A stretch of DNA of 64,000 bases. Source: a virus. Lineage: Duplodnaviria > Caudoviricetes. Made by a program: the position numbers and the translations under genes. The stretch covers positions 16,024-80,023 of IMG/VR virus record IMGVR_UViG_3300049201_000008. One strand, 5' to 3'. Below, one piece after another: positions 59,637-64,000 of the stretch. The first letter of the stretch is position 1; the number at the start of each line of letters is the position of its first letter. The notes beneath the pieces were generated by a model that saw nothing but the letters and a program-made list of their open reading frames with translations, searched no databases and was not told where the DNA came from.

Positions 59637-62393
59637 TCAACTGTTGGTTTCAACCGAAAACCCCATCCCCACGAAAAACGCCGGCCAATCTGCTGTCAGC
59701 ATCACGCGCGAATCCGTCCACCAGTCGCCGATAATGGGAAGGTCTTCGTATTCCACAATCTCGTTTGCATTGACGTCGTCAACCGTTTCCATCTGGTTGA
59801 TCGCCGGCAGAGGGCGTAGCGTCTCGCTATTCTTCTTCGAGACCCCATAACGCACGCCTGACGCCACGAAATCGGAGAGGATCAGCCCCATGTTGCTGAC
59901 CTTCTTCCGCTTGATCATGGCCGTGCCGCGTGTCCCGCCATAGGCCAGCCGAGCCGATTTGTAGCGGCCGGAATAGGGAAGCCCGATGCAATAGTCGGTC
60001 ACCGCACTGTCCAGGACGATCCCGCTACCTGCAGTGCCAAAATCGGCAACCGCGAACAGTTTTGGGACGGTGAGCCCATTCACAACCTCATTGACGGGCG
60101 CACCATCGGCCCAGACTTTGACCTGTTTGCCAACGAGATGGTCAAGGCCATAGATAGTAGCCGTCGCTGGAGAGTTGGTTCCAATCACGAAAGCATCGGT
60201 GATTCTGGACTGCGAGAACGGAGTGGCCTGGTTATCCCGTGCCATCTTCTCAACATAGCGATGCGTGCCGCCGTTGATGGTACGCCTCACCACGAAATAG
60301 ACGTTGTCCTGAAATGTGCCGGGAAGGACAGCCACGCTCTCGAACGCGCCGTCAGTGACGATCGGGACGAAACCGACGATCTCCTGTTTCGGCTCGTAGA
60401 CCATGCACATGCATGTTCCATCGGCCAGAACGGCCCATACGCGGGTATCCGGCCGGCGGGAGATCGCAAGCTTGACGATACCCGCCTCATACCAAGAAGC
60501 GCAGAGCCGCGTGATCTCCGCCGTGGCGTAGTCGCCATTATCCGGAGAGAATGCCAGTTCGAACAGCGCCTTTGCCGGCCTGTCTACGAATATGCCGCGA
60601 CCATCGACCTTGACTGCATCCACAGGGCCGGCGCCGACAGAGGAGCACTCCTTCAAAGAGAAATTTGTCGCAGTCAGAGGTTCATCGAGGGTGGACGACT
60701 TCGCCACTACAACGGAGCCATTTGTGCCGTAGACAAAACGCTGAAGCGCCAGCATCCACTGCACCTCATTGACGCCGCCGATCGCAATGGATCTGGAAAT
60801 CGGGCCAGAATCCCCCTCTAACTGCTCATCGAAGCTTTCGTACGCATCGGACACCGAGTCCTGCATCTTGTCGTTGCCAGACCAGCCTAGCCGCCCCTCA
60901 GACAAAGCCACGGCGGTAGGATGACCTTGGACATCGGACCAGAGCCCTTCCTTCCAATCCGACGTATAGGTGGTGTTCTTGAACGGCTTGAGAACGACGA
61001 TATCGACATTCTGCTTATCGGTGAACGCGATCACCCGGCAGATACCATAGCCGCCGCCGCCGTCATAATTGATGGTGATATCTGCAGAACCGGAGGTGTA
61101 ATCCCCGGTCTGAAAACCGAGTTTGTACCAGACCTGGGCATTGTCGTCGGAGTCGTACTGCAGGATATCCGTGACGTTGCCCGTCTGCCCGATCGTGCCG
61201 TCCGACGAACTGTTCCGATACGGCTTGAACCCGAAGTCCTCACCATCGAATGAGCGAACCGTCTTGATTGTCCCAACCCACGTTCCTGAGATGGTGTATG
61301 TCCAGTCCCGGTCATTGGTGGCGGCTGTGCCTGCATCGACGCCAGTGACCTTTATCGGGTCCGTGTAGACCTCTTCCCCGGCGATGGACTGAACGACATT
61401 CTGCCCGTTGTGGAAGAGATAGAACAGCGCGCCGACATGGCCGGAACTGAAGAAGTTATCACTTGCCGTGAGCGTCGTGGTCCCGCGCGTGGCGCCGGGC
61501 TTGAGCCGTACCGGCGCCGTGGTGGTGACGGTAAACGGACCATCGTCGGCAAAATAGTTGACGAAGGACCATGAATGGTTCCCGCGCCGCTCGATCCTAA
61601 ATTGCTCGAAACCTTCACAGGCGGCAAATATGACATCGGCAGATTGCGCCGTCCTGATTTTCGAGATGGAGTCTGTTCCCCACGGCGTGGTGAGCGTCAT
61701 CACCCCGGCCGCCTCGATCTGGCATGTCTTGACGAGCTTTCGAACGTCCGATGTCGTCTGGAAGAACAGCCAGAAACTCGCACCAGTGGGCGTGAAGGCG
61801 AGGGAGTGAACACCCTCCTTCAACTCGGTTTCCTCGATATACTGATCGCCACCGTTCGATGATCCGCAGCGGAAGGTGATTGGACCACGGGTGACTTCGA
61901 TGAACAGCCCGTGCTCAACACCGCGATCCGCGAGAGCGACCGTCACCTCTTGCTTGGCCGTCGCCTTGGAGCCGGCAGCCGTGGCTACCAACCTCAATCG
62001 ATTGCCGGTGATATCTGCCGTCGCCCCGGATGTCGCGGTGAGCACCCATGCGCCAGTGCCGCCGAAATCGCCTTGGCTGACTGTCGTGTCCACATCGCTG
62101 CGGGTAACGAGTTCGTCGGCCACATAAACCCGCATGCGAAGGTTTGTGAATTCGAGAAGGGCTGCCGATGACGCGGAGAAGATGAATTCCTTCAGGTTGG
62201 CAGTCAGATTGTTTCGCGTGCCGCCGAGATATTGAAGCCCAGGGCGCAAGAACATATGGCCCGTAGTGGAGAAAAGGAGGTTCGTCTGATCCTCAGCAGC
62301 CAGTCGCATGCGCTCCAGATCGACGCGCGGCAGGATGTTCTTGTCCACTACCCCGGTAGCGAACGCGTGCTGGTAGACATCGGTTTTCGGCAT
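59637..62393 (-). CDS. tail nozzle (tail tubular protein B-like)
   Basis: 918 aa beta-rich; QSADVIF, GRL, position after the adaptor. Confidence 0.85.
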   Translation of the reverse strand: MPKTDVYQHAFATGVVDKNILPRVDLERMRLAAEDQTNLLFSTTGHMFLRPGLQYLGGTRNNLTANLKEFIFSASSAALLEFTNLRMRVYVADELVTRSDVDTTVSQGDFGGTGAWVLTATSGATADITGNRLRLVATAAGSKATAKQEVTVALADRGVEHGLFIEVTRGPITFRCGSSNGGDQYIEETELKEGVHSLAFTPTGASFWLFFQTTSDVRKLVKTCQIEAAGVMTLTTPWGTDSISKIRTAQSADVIFAACEGFEQFRIERRGNHSWSFVNYFADDGPFTVTTTAPVRLKPGATRGTTTLTASDNFFSSGHVGALFYLFHNGQNVVQSIAGEEVYTDPIKVTGVDAGTAATNDRDWTYTISGTWVGTIKTVRSFDGEDFGFKPYRNSSSDGTIGQTGNVTDILQYDSDDNAQVWYKLGFQTGDYTSGSADITINYDGGGGYGICRVIAFTDKQNVDIVVLKPFKNTTYTSDWKEGLWSDVQGHPTAVALSEGRLGWSGNDKMQDSVSDAYESFDEQLEGDSGPISRSIAIGGVNEVQWMLALQRFVYGTNGSVVVAKSSTLDEPLTATNFSLKECSSVGAGPVDAVKVDGRGIFVDRPAKALFELAFSPDNGDYATAEITRLCASWYEAGIVKLAISRRPDTRVWAVLADGTCMCMVYEPKQEIVGFVPIVTDGAFESVAVLPGTFQDNVYFVVRRTINGGTHRYVEKMARDNQATPFSQSRITDAFVIGTNSPATATIYGLDHLVGKQVKVWADGAPVNEVVNGLTVPKLFAVADFGTAGSGIVLDSAVTDYCIGLPYSGRYKSARLAYGGTRGTAMIKRKKVSNMGLILSDFVASGVRYGVSKKNSETLRPLPAINQMETVDDVNANEIVEYEDLPIIGDWWTDSRVMLTADWPAFFVGMGFSVETNS

Positions 62394-63014
62394 TTATGCG
62401 CGTTCTCGGCTCACAGAGGACCGGCGGAACCGGGATTGCACCAGTCGGCCAGGCGGCTTCCGCTTCACGCCATCCTCGACAGCATCGATAGTCTTGGCGC
62501 GGAGGAGCAGTTTTTCGTGAATTTGGAACATGTCATTGCGATTGCCGCGGTCATTGGCGATCGGCAAGGCGCATTTGAACGCCATGAGTGCAGCTAGCGC
62601 ATCGGCAAACGGCTGCGTCCATGCGCCGACATTCCATCCGTAGGATGTCCCGCTAGAGACATACCGGATGTAGAGAGGATTGATGTCGGAGAACCAGTAT
62701 CCGCGCTCATCGTCATAGTCTTCATGGTCTCCGAGATATTCCCCTGTTGTCGACATATTGACGATGCGGACATAGTCGTCAGGCTGGGAGAAGGAATATT
62801 GATAGCCGAACAGCGGCTCGAAATCCGCATCATAGGAGAGTTCGATTGCCCGGATGGCGAAATTCCACATGCCTTCCGCAAGCATGCGATCGACGCTTTC
62901 CGCCCAGACGTCATCGAAGGCAAATCGAGCCTCGTTGACTTCCGTGAGCGAGGCGATGCGACCCGTGCCTATGTGTCTTTGCGCGGCGCGATAGACGGCC
63001 AAACGGTCTGCCAT
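62394..63014 (-). CDS. head-tail adaptor (tail tubular protein A-like)
   Basis: WNFAIR...YQYSFSQPDDYVRI...FADALAA. Confidence 0.85.
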   Translation of the reverse strand: MADRLAVYRAAQRHIGTGRIASLTEVNEARFAFDDVWAESVDRMLAEGMWNFAIRAIELSYDADFEPLFGYQYSFSQPDDYVRIVNMSTTGEYLGDHEDYDDERGYWFSDINPLYIRYVSSGTSYGWNVGAWTQPFADALAALMAFKCALPIANDRGNRNDMFQIHEKLLLRAKTIDAVEDGVKRKPPGRLVQSRFRRSSVSRERA

Positions 63015-63018
63015 GGCG

Positions 63019-63249
63019 CTATTCCTTGCCCGTCATTTCGTCAACGATTTTGAGGAGTTTCAATTTGGCGCGCTCCATATCCCAGATGCATGTTGCGCCA
63101 TCAGGGTCAGAGGACTTGAAATATTCGTCGCCGTCTTTCGTGACGCCGATTATCAACACGCGGTCCAGTTTGCCGATTGCCTCATCGAGCAGGCGATCGG
63201 GATCAAGCGGCAAGGATGAAATGCCGGTGAACAGAACGACGTTGCTCAT
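63019..63249 (-). CDS. hypothetical protein
   Basis: 76 aa, LDRVLIIG. Confidence 0.65.
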   Translation of the reverse strand: MSNVVLFTGISSLPLDPDRLLDEAIGKLDRVLIIGVTKDGDEYFKSSDPDGATCIWDMERAKLKLLKIVDEMTGKE

Positions 63250-63476
63250 GCTTGGTGTGCCTTCGCTGCGGCCAGAGCATCCCGCGCCGTCATGCCCTCA
63301 GTCACAACAACACGGGCGCACATTGGGCAGATTTCGCCATCAGGGCAGGTTGCCCAGTCGCCGCGGCATATGATGATCTTGTCGCCGGCTTCCGATGTAT
63401 CGAGCGCGGCCTGAACTGCATCTTCGCGATCCTCATAGAGATCAACGTCGATGTTTCCGCGCTCGCGGGACATCAT
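63246..63476 (-). CDS. hypothetical Cys-containing protein
   Basis: IIICRG..CPDGEICPMC. Confidence 0.55.
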   Translation of the reverse strand: MMSRERGNIDVDLYEDREDAVQAALDTSEAGDKIIICRGDWATCPDGEICPMCARVVVTEGMTARDALAAAKAHQA

Positions 63477-63907
63477 GCCGCAGCGCTCGCAGGCTTGCCG
63501 CCATTGGCAGCCCAGGCTTCGGCTTCCGCCTTTTCCATGCCGGAGACCATGACCTTGTCGTCAGACAGACGCTTGACGCGCCAGCGCTGCGCAGGCCCGC
63601 CCCACGAGACGTCGTAGCCGTTGACACTGGACGCGCCCTCCCCAGTTGCCGGGGCAAGATCACGGTAGAGCGTCTCGACAAGCGCAAAATCAGTGCCGTC
63701 CGAGATGATGACGATGTATTCGCCGTACCACTTCTTGTCGATCGGAAGGACGGAAAGCTTGTCGAGGGGCCGAAGGATGGATGCGACATGCACCCATGAT
63801 TCCGGGTTGTTCGCGTCTTCTCGCGTGAACCCGGCGATGGGCTGCACGAGGTTATTGGACCGGGCGTGCTCTTCGAGCGCCACCTGATTGCGGGTGATCT
63901 TTGTCAT
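63473..63907 (-). CDS. hypothetical head-module protein
   Basis: Start MTKITR with GAGG SD. Confidence 0.65.
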   Translation of the reverse strand: MTKITRNQVALEEHARSNNLVQPIAGFTREDANNPESWVHVASILRPLDKLSVLPIDKKWYGEYIVIISDGTDFALVETLYRDLAPATGEGASSVNGYDVSWGGPAQRWRVKRLSDDKVMVSGMEKAEAEAWAANGGKPASAAA

Positions 63908-64000
63908 GCTTGCCTCTTGCTGAAATGGAACCGGAGGCATGCGTCGGCGGTTTGGGTGGAGGAAGCCCCCCCACCCACACCCGCAACGGAAACAGGCAAA

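Larger units (their letters stand above)
1..64000. mobile_element. Temperate podovirus-like bacteriophage genome segment (probably Rhizobiaceae host), attP-intact form
   Basis: cI/cro switch, xis-int, attP core, lysis genes, tail adaptor/nozzle, ejection proteins and tailspikes. No bacterial housekeeping gene seen anywhere in the window. Confidence 0.95.

Noticed and set aside
1-64000. CRISPR array, reverse transcriptase/DGR, retron, IS transposase, terminase, portal or major capsid
   Set aside because: No regularly spaced repeat-spacer array, no YxDD RT motif, no long VR/TR repeat pair and no DDE transposase were seen by eye. Head and packaging genes presumably lie outside the window.

Overview
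The whole 64 kb window is phage DNA. It looks like the central part of a temperate, lambdoid-organised, short-tailed (podovirus-like) phage, most plausibly of Rhizobiaceae/Hyphomicrobiales; the host is inferred, not shown. Layout: (1) 1-14933, minus strand: cro-led early operon with three DNA methyltransferases, several nucleases, DHH/DEDD/HAD nucleotide enzymes, a vWA protein, two stand-alone DnaA domain-IV-like proteins and a replication remnant. (2) 14965-16152: immunity region with PR, cI and PL, plus shared operator-like boxes. (3) 16447-32415, plus strand: PL operon with a fourth methyltransferase, a RecE-like exonuclease, an unrecognised SSAP-slot protein, many small genes, xis and a tyrosine integrase. 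(4) An attP-like core equal to the 3' half of tRNA-Val(TAC), with phage genes on both sides, so this appears to be the excised/virion form. (5) 33353-38570: a block of small plus-strand genes with its own promoter. (6) 38658-63907, minus strand: late genes (adaptor, nozzle, ejection proteins, two tailspikes, a GT61 glycosyltransferase plus methyltransferase, lysis cassette). Most interesting items: a candidate structured ncRNA between cI and PL; a tailspike + GT61 + O-methyltransferase module bracketed by terminators; a second reading frame nested in the C5 methyltransferase; a Dam + PD-(D/E)XK pair; anti-SD ('cuckoo'-like) hairpins inside the SSAP-slot gene; and an SD-ATG-TAA minigene after PL. 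Family assignments come from motif recognition by eye; no database search was run.
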